NCBI GenBank assembly: GCA_002104945.1
Contig: MCFH01000095.1
Span: 1 to 64,000, forward strand
Reading direction: 5' to 3'
Source of the DNA: Piromyces finnis finn
Taxonomy: Eukaryota; Fungi; Neocallimastigomycota
Length of the DNA stretch: 64,000 nucleotides
The number at the start of each line of letters is the position of its first letter. Within the stretch, counting starts at the first letter, position 1. The position numbers were made by a program, and so were the translations under genes. The notes below the pieces were generated by a model that had not been told where the DNA came from, did not search any database, and was given only the letters and a program-made list of their open reading frames with translations. This document shows, one piece after another, positions 24,430 to 38,137 of the stretch.

Positions 24430-27400
24430 ATCCATATTTAAAAAAGATAAGTACTATTCTAGGAATTTTACAATAGCATTAACGCTGAAAAAAAAGTATA
24501 TTCATTGAATTTATATTTAAATTTCTTTTTTCTACAACCTCCAATTCATTTATTCATTAAAATAGTTATCCCTATCCAATTTTATTCTTTAAAAATATTC
24601 CTTAATTATAATTATTGTGGGTTAGATTAAAATTTGATAATTTATGGTTAGAATGATTAGAATCTTTTTATTTTACTTCTGGATTATGAGGAATATTGTT
24701 TTATTACTCTACTTATTGACTAGTAATAAATTTAAGTTCTTTAAATACTTTTCAAAAGATTATAAAAAGAAAAATAATATTTATTTTAGTTTTATATATT
24801 TAAAAAAGTTAAAAAAAAAAAATGGTATTGTTTTTCCTCATAATTTCTTTTATTTCTTTTTTTTTTTTGAATTTTTGATATTAAAGGTAAATTTTTATTT
24901 TTTAAAACCTTTTTTTTTCTTTAATTCATCAATAAGCAAAATTATCGTATTGTTTCAACATCAAAAAGAAATAGATGATAATAATAACAATAAAAATAGT
25001 AAAATGACTTTTAATTACTTATAAGTATTAATATACTTTTATGTTTTAAATAAAACTAAATATCATAAAAGAAATGGTTTATAAATAAATTAATAAATAT
25101 GAATAAAAGATAATGATAAAGGATAACTATTTTTTTTTATTGAATAAAAGATAATATAATAAATGTCAATCATTCTTTTATTGATTTTATTTCCTTAAAG
25201 AATAACATTAAATATAAAAAATAATTATTATAATTTTTCAAATATTTTTTTATCCTTTTTTTTTTCAATAAAAAAAAAGTGTATAATTCATTTTGAAATA
25301 TATATATTATATATTCATTCCTTATTAATCTATATCTTTAACTCTTTAAAACTATGTCAATTTGAATGATAAATTGTTATAACTTTTTTTTTTCTTATAA
25401 TTTTACACTTGAATTCTTCATATCATTTTTAATTTTTCCTAGCCATTGCTATTTATTAATTGAACAATATATGTAATAATTGAATTAAACTATATATAGC
25501 AGTATATTGAGGTTTCTAGAGTAATTGTATTAAAAAAAAACATAATTATATAATCATGCATAATAAAGAAAATAAAACTTTTTATAGTAAAAAAAGGCTT
25601 TTTTTTTTCTGCATATAAAGCAGATATTTATAATTTTTTTTTTTTTTAAAATTCTCAAATCATTTGTTAAAATATAGATTCTCATTTTTTTTAGTCTTTT
25701 ATAAAGGGTTCTTTTTTTATTGATAAATAGTATGAAAGTAACATATAAATGACCTTTTCATTTTATCAAATATTAGTAAATAATTATAAAAATTCTTCAT
25801 TTTACTTATTGCTTCTTGGGTGTATGATGTATTTGGTGGATTTTCCAACAAACCAACAAAACCTCCATTAATGTATACATCATTTAATACAATTACATAA
25901 CATTATTACATTATCTCTTTTAATTTTTCTATTTTTAAAATTTATAAATGAACCAAATATATTAAAGTATAATGTATTATATGTATTATATATGAATTAA
26001 TTTAATTTAGAGTATGCTTAAAAGGTGACAAATAAATTAAAAAATAGTAAATTGATAAAATATTATTAAAAATTATTATATATAAAATAGTATATACATA
26101 ATATATTATTTAAACTTATTATATATATTAAAGTATATTTATAATATAATAAAGTGAATAACTGATAATCCAAAAATATAATATATTACAATATACTGTA
26201 ATATATTACACAATTATTTAAAAAGCAAAATAATTTATTGGTAAAATAAAATAGATAGGAAATTGAATGTTTCAATTTATTCGTATATATTCGTATATAT
26301 TATTGAAATATATTATAATTAATAAAATATATTAAATTAAATTTTTTATTTATCACCAAGCATTTTTTCCTTTTTCATGGTTTGGTGTTACCACGGCAAT
26401 TTATTTAACCATTCATTAATATGTTTATAATAATTTATTTAGATATTATTAATACATCCATTGATTATTTATATTTTTTATAGGTTTAAATAAATAGAAT
26501 AAAATTTTAAAGATAGCATCATTTTTCATCAATAAAATTATTTCGTCATAATTTTTTTATTTTAAAAAAAAGAATAAATTTTATTATTAATAATTATTAA
26601 TAAATTTTTAAAAAAAAGATATCAAAAATTAATTTTTTTATTCCTTTTTTTTTTTAAAATTTTTTTTATTTTATCATTTTTTAAAAGTTTATTATTTAAT
26701 TTATTGACAATATATTCTAATATAAAGTTACTATTTATTAAATTTATTAAATTATTAAATTTATAATAATAATAAAAAAATTCATTTTTAACCCAAAAAA
26801 AAAAAAAAAAATAAAGTCATCATCGTAAAAAAAGAAGTCATCGTTGGAAGTGAAAGAAAAAAAGTTGAATATTAGTTGAAAATCATTTTTTAGAATTAAT
26901 ACAAATAATACTTTTTAAATGTGGATGTAAGAAAGATTGTTGGTATTTTAAAATAAATTTAAAATTATAAAAGTTCTAGATAGAAATTTCAATTTTTATA
27001 AACCATGTTAAAAGAATGGATGAAAAAAAGATGAACCATTTAGTTTATTAATTTGATAAAAGATTTGAGGAAAGTTATGAAAAAAGTAAACTAAAACTTT
27101 CCTCAAATCTTTTATCAAATTAATAAAGATGATTAAAATTAAAAAATTGATTTTTAAAAATTTTAAATTTTAATACTAACAATGTTATTTATTTATACGT
27201 CATTTATATATGTTATATAGGTTTTTTTTTATAACAAAATAAATTAAAATTAAACTTTCGACGGTTTAAACAAAAAGTAAAATAATAATAATAAAAAAAT
27301 GATTTAATAAAGAGACAATAAATTTATTATTAATAAAGCATTATTAAAATAATAAAATCCAATTTAAAATGAAAAGAATTTTAGAACAAAAGTATTAATA

Positions 27401-28234
27401 AGTAAATTCAATTTGTTTTAAATCTTTTTTAATACGAAAAAAAATTCTTTTTTTTTTTTTTTAGAAATGAATTATTATTAAATAATATCTTTCAATGTAA
27501 GTATAGTAAAATAATAATAAAACATTTATAGGTAACTCTTTCATTAACTCTTTCTTTATTCTCTAATTATGACTATTAAATGTATTTCTACTTGTATATT
27601 TAAAAGGATATAAAGATTATTTATCAATCAATCAATAAATAAATATTTTTGTTATATGTATATAAACACCATATTCATTCATTAAAATAATATCTAAAAA
27701 TATCAAAAAAGAAAAACGAATTCATCAATAAAAGGAAATTAATATTCATTATAACACTATCTTTTTCATTTATTTTTTATTTTAATCGTATTAACATAAT
27801 TTATCTAGTTTCAACTTTTTTTCTCTTTAAAAAAAAAAAAAAAAAATCACTTGTTTTGGCAATAAAACCTAATCAACGAATTATTTATAATATCAAAAGT
27901 TACATATCAATCTATATAGTTTTTGTATTTTATTCGTAGATTATCAAATCATTAATATTTACTCAAAGGTATTTTTTTATTTTAAAAAATTCGAAATAAT
28001 ACAAAATCTATTATAGTAAAAGAAATAATTTTGGAAAAAAAAAAAACACTTTTAAAATAGAGTAGAACAATAATAATAATAATAAAAAAAGATTAAGGAT
28101 AAAATAGTTAAAAGAAATAATAAACAAAAAATAAAAGCAAAACAAACAAACAAACAAACAAACAAAAAAAAAAAAAAACGAAATACAAATAATTTTTAAC
28201 AAAATAGTATTAAAAGAAAAAATAATAGTAAAAA

Positions 28235-29638
28235 ATGGATTGTAAAGATTTAACTTGGATTCTATTTTGTGTCATTTGGATTGTTTGCTGTTTAGTTCCA
28301 TCGAGCGAAGCCTATGATGATAATTTATTTTCAGATACATTAATTGTCATTAAAGAAACAAATGAAACTATTCAGGTAATTTAATCATTATTGAAATAGT
28401 GTTAATGTATTAGATGATGTAACGTATAACCAAGTGCTATATTAATACTATTCATTTCCAATCTTTTTTTTTTTTAGAGTAAAATAGCTTCATTTGGTCC
28501 AAGAATATATGATGAAAGTATTGAAGGTATAATTGTTCCAATGTCAAAATTAGGTAATGAAAGGAAAGAAAACGGAGGTAGTACAGAACAAGAAGATAAT
28601 GAAGATGAAGATGAAGATCAATTAAATGAAAATAAAGATCACAATAACAAAAAAGATCAAGAATTATTATTAAGATATGGGTGTAGAGAAGTAACCGAAA
28701 AAGAAAAACAAATAATGTATGAAAATAACCCAAGAATTAAAAAAGAGAGATTCATTGCATTAGTAGAAAGAGGAGGATCATGTTCTTTTTCTGACAAAGT
28801 TCGTAATATGCAAAAAAGTGGGGCTAAAGCCGTTATCGTTGGTAATAATCGTAGTGACTTTCATTTAATTACTATGTATGCCAATGATGATACCTCAGAT
28901 ATCAACATTCCATCTGTTTTTATTCTTCAATATGATATGTTTGTTCTTAAAGAAGATGCTCCATATAAAGATATATATATTATTGAATCTGATACCGATT
29001 GGCCAGCACCAGCTGACATTTTTATGATTACTACTATGTTACCAATTATCTTTATTTTTGCAGTCTTTATTATTTTCAAGTTTAGAGTGGAGGCATCCGA
29101 GGCTAATTTACATAATGAATCTAATGCTAGTCTTGGTGCTGCCACACAAGAAGAAGTCGAAGCCTTACCAATCAAGGTATTTAGCATGGAAAAGAAAAAG
29201 GAAAATGATCCTGAGACTTGCGCTGTATGTATTGATGATTTCCAAGATGGAGATAAACTTCGTGTTTTACCATGTCGTCATGAATATCATGTTGAATGTA
29301 TTGATTTATGGCTTACAACTAGAAAAAGTTTTTGTCCAATTTGTAAACGTTGCATTAATGATGATGATGCCGATGAAAATACACCACTTTTAGGGGGTAG
29401 CTCTTCTACGAATAATAGTTATAGTACAGATGGTCAAAGCTTATCTTCCCTTCATTCAAATAATCATATTATTGATATTGATTCTGAAGAAGGAAATGAA
29501 GAAGAAAATAACTTTCAACAGAATAGTGTAGATCCTTCCTCCACAACATCACAAGAAGAAATCATTCAACCTATCGAGGTGGAGGATGATAATTCTAGTG
29601 ACAACGAACCTTTAATTAATTTAGTTACTCGTTCATAA
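28235..29638 (+). CDS. PA-TM-RING E3 ubiquitin ligase (RNF13/RMR family)
   Basis: Signal peptide in exon 28235-28375, exon 2 28478-29638. PA domain (ALVERGGSCSFSDKVRNMQKSGAKAVIVGN), a TM helix, and RING-H2 CAVCIDDF...LPCRHEYHVECIDLWL...CPICK. Confidence 0.93.
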
Positions 29639-30563
29639 TTTTTTTAAAAAAAAATTTTTTTTTTTGATAGTTGGATTTCTTTTTTTTTTTTTTTCTTTAT
29701 TTTCTAGAATAAATTTTTTTTAAAAAAAATAACGAACCAAACCAAAAACAACACTATACAAATACTATATATATAAAAAGAAAGGAAAAAATAATACCAA
29801 AAATAAATAATTTATTTTTCTTTTTCTTTTCTTTTTTTTTTTTTTTTTTTTAATTATTTTATTCATTTTCTTTAACACCTTTTTTTTTTTTTTTTTACCT
29901 CTATTTTTTCTAAAAAAAAAAAAAAAAAAAAAAAAAAGTAGATAATAATAGTAATATCATTTTTTTAACGATAATAATAAAAGAAAAATAGTTTAAAAGT
30001 AAAATAAAATAATTCAATTATTATTTTATATATCATTTTATGATTTAATGATGTCTTTTATATTTTATTTTTGATAATTTATTTACTATTTACTATTATT
30101 AAACTACAATTTTGATTCAACCATAAAAAAAAAAAAAAATAAAATAAAATAAACAGTAATAATAAAAACTAAAAGGAAAAAGAAATATATATATTTATAG
30201 AAACTTTTTATTATTAGATTTTTTTTATTAGCGTGTTAGATTTACTTTTTTAGTATTATTTATTTTATTTTTTAAAAAATATAAACATGATAAATATATT
30301 AAAAAAAAGAACATAAAACTATGAAATGTATTAAAAAAAGTGGTATTACTATTGAATATAGTATTAATAATGAAAAATAAAAAAAAAAATAGTTTTAGAT
30401 ATTTTAATTATTTCAGATAGTTAAAAGAAAGTAAAAAAAAGAAAAAAAAAATAAAAAATAAAAAATAGCTTGGGTAAAATAAAAGAACCATATCATATTA
30501 AATCATTAATAGCAATATATATAATAGTAGAATAAATGGTGATAATTATTTTTTACTTTTCAC

Positions 30564-31207
30564 TTATAAATCTACAATTGATTTTACTTTGAATTTTTTG
30601 GAAATTCTTTCTCCTGTACGAACCTTGAAATTATCACCATAAATATTAAATAAAAGTTTATCATAATTAATAGTAAAGACAGAATGTGCTTTTGGTATAA
30701 CTTTTTTTTTTTTTTTTATAAAAAATAATTATATATTATACATTAATAATAATGTGTAGAATAATTATTGTTAATAACAATATTACTATAATAAGAGTGT
30801 ATAATTTATCTGAAAAAATAAAATTGCTATTATTCTTATTAATAATAATAATAATAAAAAAAAAGAGAAATACATACTTAATAAACGATTACTTTTAGTA
30901 ATAATATTAAAGGTATTTTCTGTTTCTTTTAACACTATTCCTGATTTTCCAATGTAGGAAGGACATTTTGATTGAACCACTTTTTTATATATATATTTAT
31001 ACATATATATTTTTTTCTTAGTATATAAAAATTAAAATTAATAAAATTGTTTTTTTTTTTTTATTATTTACCTGTTATTATTGAACCATGAAAATCTGCT
31101 TTTAAAAGTTTTGAATAAATAAGACTATAATTTGTAGTGGAAATTTCTCCTAATAATTCTTTCATGTATTGTTTCCAAAGTTGATGAAGAGATATATATA
31201 AATCAAA

Positions 31208-31238
<31 letters not shown>

Positions 31239-31682
31239 TTAATACAGAATTGAAAAAAAATTTTTTTTATTATATTATTGATAAATGCTTATGTTATGTC
31301 TATATTTTAATATTATTTACTTTCTTGCTTCCATTGGGATTTCCCACATTCCAGACTTTTTTCTTTCACGTCTAGACATTAAATGCTTTTTTCCTGCACG
31401 CTTTAATAATTTTTTTTCACGCTTTTCACGTGTTTTTTGTTCTTTTTGTTGATCACTTAAAGGGAAATTTTCTAAAGGAACTTGTTTACGTTTTTCTACT
31501 TTAGCGTCATATACATTTTCGGCTTGTTGATCGTTATATGAATAGGATATTGTGGCTGAATTATTTGAATAAGTGGTTGGTGTAGTTAATATGCCTTTAA
31601 TAAATCCTGGTAAAAATTCTTTATTATTGGTATTGTTTTCTGAAGAATTGGCATTCTTTTTTTTTATAAGAATTATTTTCAT
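30564..31682 (-). CDS. POP4: RNase P/MRP subunit Pop4/Rpp29 (start codon uncertain)
   Basis: Spliced exons give LHQLWKQYMKELL...KLLKADFHGSIIT / VVQSKCPSYIGKSGIVLKETENTFNIIT / IIPKAHSVF...YGDNFKVRTGERISKKFK. Confidence 0.9.
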
Positions 31683-33315
31683 GAGTATTATAGTTATTTA
31701 GTGGTTTTTTTTATTATAAAAAATATTTATAAACGAAAAAAGATTTAATAATGAAATTTATTAAAATTTGAAAAATTGGTTATAAAAATGAAATTTGACA
31801 AAATTTAAATTATATATATTCTATTCATATTAAATAATACTATTGTCGAAATTTCAAAAACCATTTATTTTATATATTTCCTTGTTTTTTTTCTTTCTTT
31901 TTTTCTTTAAAAAAAAAAAGATGAATTTTGTTCCCATTTGAATTTCGAAATGTAATATATATATATATATTCATAATTTAATTATAGATATTGTAATAAT
32001 TACGTATTTCTTATTATCCTGTTTAATATTTTCAGGTAATTTTGAGTAAAGACCTTTTTCAGTGATACCTTTCACTTTACTATTTGCTATAGCCAACCAA
32101 CAAAATATATTGTAAAAAAAAAAAAATTAATAATAGATACACATATATAAAAAAAATATAAAAACATAAAATGAAAATATAAAATTAATAACTATTTCAT
32201 GTTATATTATTTAACTGTTATTTTACTCTCTTTTATATACACATTTTAAACTATACCTTTTTTATCAATATCCATTGCTTTTAAATTTCAAATCAATAGC
32301 TTTTTTTTTTTTTTTCTTTAATTTGGTATAATAGGAATTATTATTTTTTTAATTTTTGAAAATAAATCTATTAATTTGATTGGTTAAAATCGAATTGTAA
32401 AAATGGAATATATATTTTATTTTTTTTTTTAAAAAAAAAACAAGTTGCCTTTTAACAAAGAATAAAGAAATAAATGAATTTTTTAATTCTTTATGAATTC
32501 ATCTTTCCCTTTCCTTTTTATAAAATATTAAAAACAAAACTTTAATAGAGTGTGTTTCCTTAAAAAACAAAAACAAGCAAACAAATAAACAAAAGGAAAA
32601 TTCCTTTCATTACTAAAATATTTTGTAAATTTGTAAAATCATTTGAAACTATAAAATAATCTTTAACTATCCTTTCCATGATGGTGTTTAAAAGTGTCTA
32701 TAATGACTTTTTTTTTTTTTTTTTTTTAAAAAAAGAAAAATGCTATAGAGGTATTTATTAATTCATAATGCTTTTTTTTTTTTTTATTTAATTTTAATTT
32801 TTTTTTTATATTTTATTTTATTAATTTTTCTTTTAAAAAAAATATAAAAGAAAAGTAATTTTCCTTTTTTTTTTTTTAATCACTTTGATTTTTTTTTCTT
32901 TTTTAAATCCTTCTTCCCTTTATTGATAGAATTAATTCGTATTCTTTATTTTTATTTTGTTATCTAATCTAATGTGTATTTATATAAAAATTAATGAATT
33001 TCATCATTTCTATTTATTTTTTTTCTTTCTTTTCTTTTTCTTTTTTTTTTCCTCTTCTTTTCCCTTTTTTTTTTTTAATAGATTTAATAAGATATTTAAA
33101 TCCTTTATTATAAAGTAATACTATGCATTATTGTATTTTGCGATATATATAATTTATTAATGTTAATAATTTTGAATAATTTGTGTGTGTGTATATAAGT
33201 ATGTGTGGATTAGGGGTGTTAAAAAAATAAAAAAAAAAAAAAAAGATTATTTTTTTAATGAGAATGATGCTTAATTCATTCGTGCATGACTAAAAATTAG
33301 AGTGTGTTTTGTAGC

Positions 33316-35147
33316 TTAGAAACCACTAGAACTTTGTTGTTTAGCTAAATCAATTATTATCCATCCTTCAGTTCTTGGATCAATCTTTCTCTTTGGATCA
33401 ACAAATTGTGATTTTGAGAAGACAACTGCATAAATACAATGTTGAATATTATCCTATTCATAAAAAAATTTTTTTTTTTTTAAATTTAAAAGAATAGTAG
33501 AAATGGTAAAAAAAAAAAAAAGTAGATTTTTATTAGTAACAATAGATTATAATTTCGCTTATAAAAATATGAAGGACTACTAAATATATTAATTGATGCT
33601 TATTATAACTTACTTCCTTTCCGACAACAACCTTGCCATCCTTGTCACTAAAGGCTAAAATTTCTTGAGTATTGAAACTTAATACTAATACGGGTGTGTC
33701 ATTTTCTAAAAATTTGGCTTGATTTAATTCAAGATTACGAAGTTCAATTAATTTACATTTAGTGGTTAATCCTTGAGCTTTTTGAGCTTCTAATCCAGCA
33801 TTAAGAACATTAAAGGTCTAAAAAAATTTTTAATGATTGCAAAAAAAAAAAAAAGTTAAAATAAAGATATCATTTTTTATTTTACTTAATATCTGGTATA
33901 AATATAATGATAATAGTGAAATAACATTAATTATAATATCAATACTACTACTACTACTACTAATATTACTATTACCACCATTAATAATATTATTATAATA
34001 TGCACTTCTAATTCTATTATTATTCATACTTACAACTTCACCACACCACTTCTTTACAGTTTCAACATCACCAGTAAGATAGGCTTCTAAAACTTCTGGA
34101 AGGTAAAGCATTTGACAATCTTTAATGAATTTTTCAATAGAAAAACCTGGATGAACACTGCAAAAATGCTTAACTGTTTTGGACATTTCAGATTCTTCAA
34201 ACATACCTTGTAATCTTCCAGCAATGTTTCTAAAACTATCCATTAAAGGTCCATCTTGATCATCTAAATAGTTTTTAAATTGTTCATATTTTTGTGCAAT
34301 AGAACTGTTATTTTTAAAGTTGTAGGTGAAACGCTTGAAAAATGGCATTTTATATAAAACCATGGCAGAGCCAGCATTTTCATTAGATTCCATATATTTA
34401 ACCTTTGAAAATTTTTGTGAAGCAAGTCTTTTCTTGAAAATAACTTCACGTTCTTCTTTAGAAAGTGTTTCATTATACCGTGCGGTAGATGAGGTACTAG
34501 TAATTATATTGGATACATGATGAATGGTATTTGTAATTGGATTATCAACAAATGGATGACTTATCTATATTGAGTTATAATATTTCAATGATTATTTCAA
34601 CAATTTTTTTTTTATTTTAGTTGTATATGAATGGTTTATATTAAATGTAATATTCAATGCCAATTCCAAAAATTATAATTTAATTTAAATATATTTATTA
34701 TTAGTTTATATATTATTATTTTATATATATTTTTTATTTATATTATTAATCGTCTATCCAATTACTACTCGTAACATATATAATAACTACCTTTAAAATG
34801 GTATTTCCAAAATGTTCACAATTTTCTTGCATCTTTTTTAAACTTTGTTGAACACTTTCACTTTCTATATAATTATGAACATTTTTTTTGGTATTTTGAA
34901 TTTTTACTTTTGTCTTTTTAGCAGTAGATTTTACTAATTTGACCGGGGCTGTCTTAGATATAACATCAGCCCTTTTAGAAAAATAATCTACAGATTCTCT
35001 GAATTCCTTATTTTCTTTGGATTGACGTTTTAATGAATTGGAGAATTCAGCAAAAACATTAACATTACGTCTTTGATGAACTATTTCATTTAATATTAAA
35101 GAATTAGTAATACTTTTATTCACTTGTAATACAGATGTAGATAACAT
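33316..35147 (-). CDS. TIM44: Inner-membrane import translocase subunit Tim44
   Basis: Presequence-like N-terminus, then FAEFSNSLKRQ; PGFSIEKFIKDC..YLPEVLEAYLTGDVETVKKWCGE; NDTPVLVLSFNTQE; C-terminal GWIIIDLAKQ. Four exons. Confidence 0.92.
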
Positions 35148-36116
35148 ATTGAGTGTATTTATTGAATAAATAAATTAAAATTAAAACAATATTATGAAAA
35201 AAATTATTCTCTTCTTTTTTTTCTATAGAGTGTTGGCTATTATATTATTAAATTAATCTTTTGCTAAAAGTTTTTTTTCTTTCTTTCTTTTTTTTTTTTT
35301 TTAATGAATGAATTTTGAAATTGAATAGTAAATGAAATTTTAAAAAATAAAATAAATGAAAAAATATAAAGTTAACTTCATAAAATAAATAATCACAACA
35401 ATATTATTATATATTTTAATATTATAATATATTATATATATAATTTACCTTTTCCCCACCAAAGCTTAGTTTTTAAATTATCAATTTTGATTTTTGTAAA
35501 GAATTAAAGAAACGATTAATTAGATGTTAAAAAAAAAAGGTAAAATTTAAGAAAAAAAAAAAAAATACTACTACTACTAATAAATATATAATAATATTAT
35601 ACCTTTTATATTTTTTTTTTTACTATAAATATAAATGTAAAAAAGCTTTCTTTTTTAATATTTTATTATAACAAATGTGTTAATAATAATAATAATAAAA
35701 ATTATTTCAATGGTAAAAAAGATAAAAAAAAAAAAAAAGTGCTTTGTTAATGTATTCTTCTGCTTCAATTTATTATTAATGTATTTACATACATTTTCAT
35801 TAGAATTAAAATATATTATTGGTTAATAACAATACAACAATGTACATTAACACATCTATTTGATGTTTAAAAAATAAAAAAAATAATAGAATCCTATCCA
35901 ATAAAATTTAAAGAATAAAAAATATTCATCCATATTACAGGAAATGTTCGATAAATAATAAAAAATAAATGAATGAATAAATAAATCAATAAGTAAAAAT
36001 TAATAAATCAATCAATAAATGAATGAACGAATAAATATATGAGTTGAAAATAAATAGTACTTTGGTGGGGAATAAATGAAATTATGAATTTTAAATTAAG
36101 AATGATTTAATAGTGT

Positions 36117-37969
36117 TTATATAATAAATTTCATAGTATTCTTGCTATTCTTTCTCACATATTTAAATTTTCCATCAGAAAATTGGATAAATTTTGAGCA
36201 AAATTTATAAAAACTTAAATAGTTATTGACAATTTCTTCTTCTCCGTTAGCTTCTTTATTACAACCACAGGAATACGAATTATGCTCTAGACATTTTTCA
36301 ATGGAAACTGAATTAAAGTAGTATTTAAAGTCATTTCCCTTTTTACTTATTATGTAGTATATTTTTTCATAGGTATAGAGTATTAATATTATAAAATAAC
36401 ATAATTCGTTGATTATCGAATTACATATGTTGTATAAATTATTATTGTTCATAAATGATAAATAAGTGATTATCTATAAAGTATCATATAAATCAATAAT
36501 GTATGTTAGAATAATAATAAATGACATAACTCGTATATATAATTATTATTATAAGGATCAACAATATTTATATATATATATTTATTACATTGATTAAAGG
36601 TCCAAAAGAGAGCCATATTATTGATATATACAATATATTTTTTAAACATTTGAATATATATACATAGTTCCAAACTTTTGTGACTTTCGCCGTAAGATAT
36701 ATGATTATTATAAATTCTGAGCAATTAAAAATGAAATTCAGTTCTTGTAATGGACATTTATATATCCATTTTCCATCGTATTCTTGTACATAGATATCAT
36801 CTTTGGTTTTATAATAAATGATTGAGCCTGCTATTACTAATAAAAATAAAGTATATAAAATAATAAGTTCGGTGAATAATGAATGAATATTTGACACCAG
36901 CTTATTTAAGCTTTTTATGTCATTATTATCTTCAGTTTTTTTTTTGAATAATGAATATTTTGATAGATTGTATTTTTTCTTTGGAAATTGGTGTATTGAT
37001 GATTTATTTTCTTGATTTTTGTTTTGAATTTGATTTAATTCATTTTCAATATTCAATAACATTTTTTCATTTAATATTGTAGAAGCAATTGGGTTTTGTT
37101 CATAAAATAATTCAATATTATTATGTCTTTCATATGATTTTACATTTAGATACAGCTGTAGTTCACCTTTTCTTACACCTAACTCACATCCCGTTAATGT
37201 ATAAATTAAAGATAGGATATAGATTAACAAAACACCACAATGTCTTAAAAGAATATTTAGTGAACAACTAAAAAAACTATGGAAAACATTAAAATTGCAG
37301 CTTATATAAAATAATAAAAGACCAAAGAGTACCATTTGTAATTTTATATACCCAGTATCTTCAATAATTTTTACATGTCTATTTAGATAGTTAAAGATCA
37401 TTACACTAAGAATGATCAATATAATTGGGGTAGTAATGATAGTGTTATATTTAAATCTGATAATAATTATAAAAAAAAAATAATATATTAACAATTATAT
37501 TGTAGTAATAATAGTTTAAAATGCTAATATTTATTTATTCATGATTTACTTTAAAGGTGAATAATCCATAACATGACAATCCTTTCCTTTCCATCCATTG
37601 ACACACTGACATTTATTGTACAATACATTATTTATATTTGTAATATTACTACTTTTTAGACAAAGTGCTCTTCCACTTGAAACAGGACAATTGCTATTGC
37701 ATATAGGATCTTCACATTGATAAAATCCATTTTTGCCTACAATTTTTATTTGTCCTGATTTACAATCATTGATTTTAAAGGAAATATTTTCTAAATCAAA
37801 TTTAACATTAAAATCATTGTTTTCTAATAAAGCTAATTGGAAATCAACAGTAGTTGGATTAGTAGTGTATATTTTAAAATGATTTAATTCACATTGTCCT
37901 AGTTAATAGTTATATTATTCATGTACATATTAATTTAAAATAAATTATTATTATTATTATTAATATTAA

Positions 37970-38059
<90 letters not shown>

Positions 38060-38064
38060 ATTAA

Positions 38065-38137
<73 letters not shown>

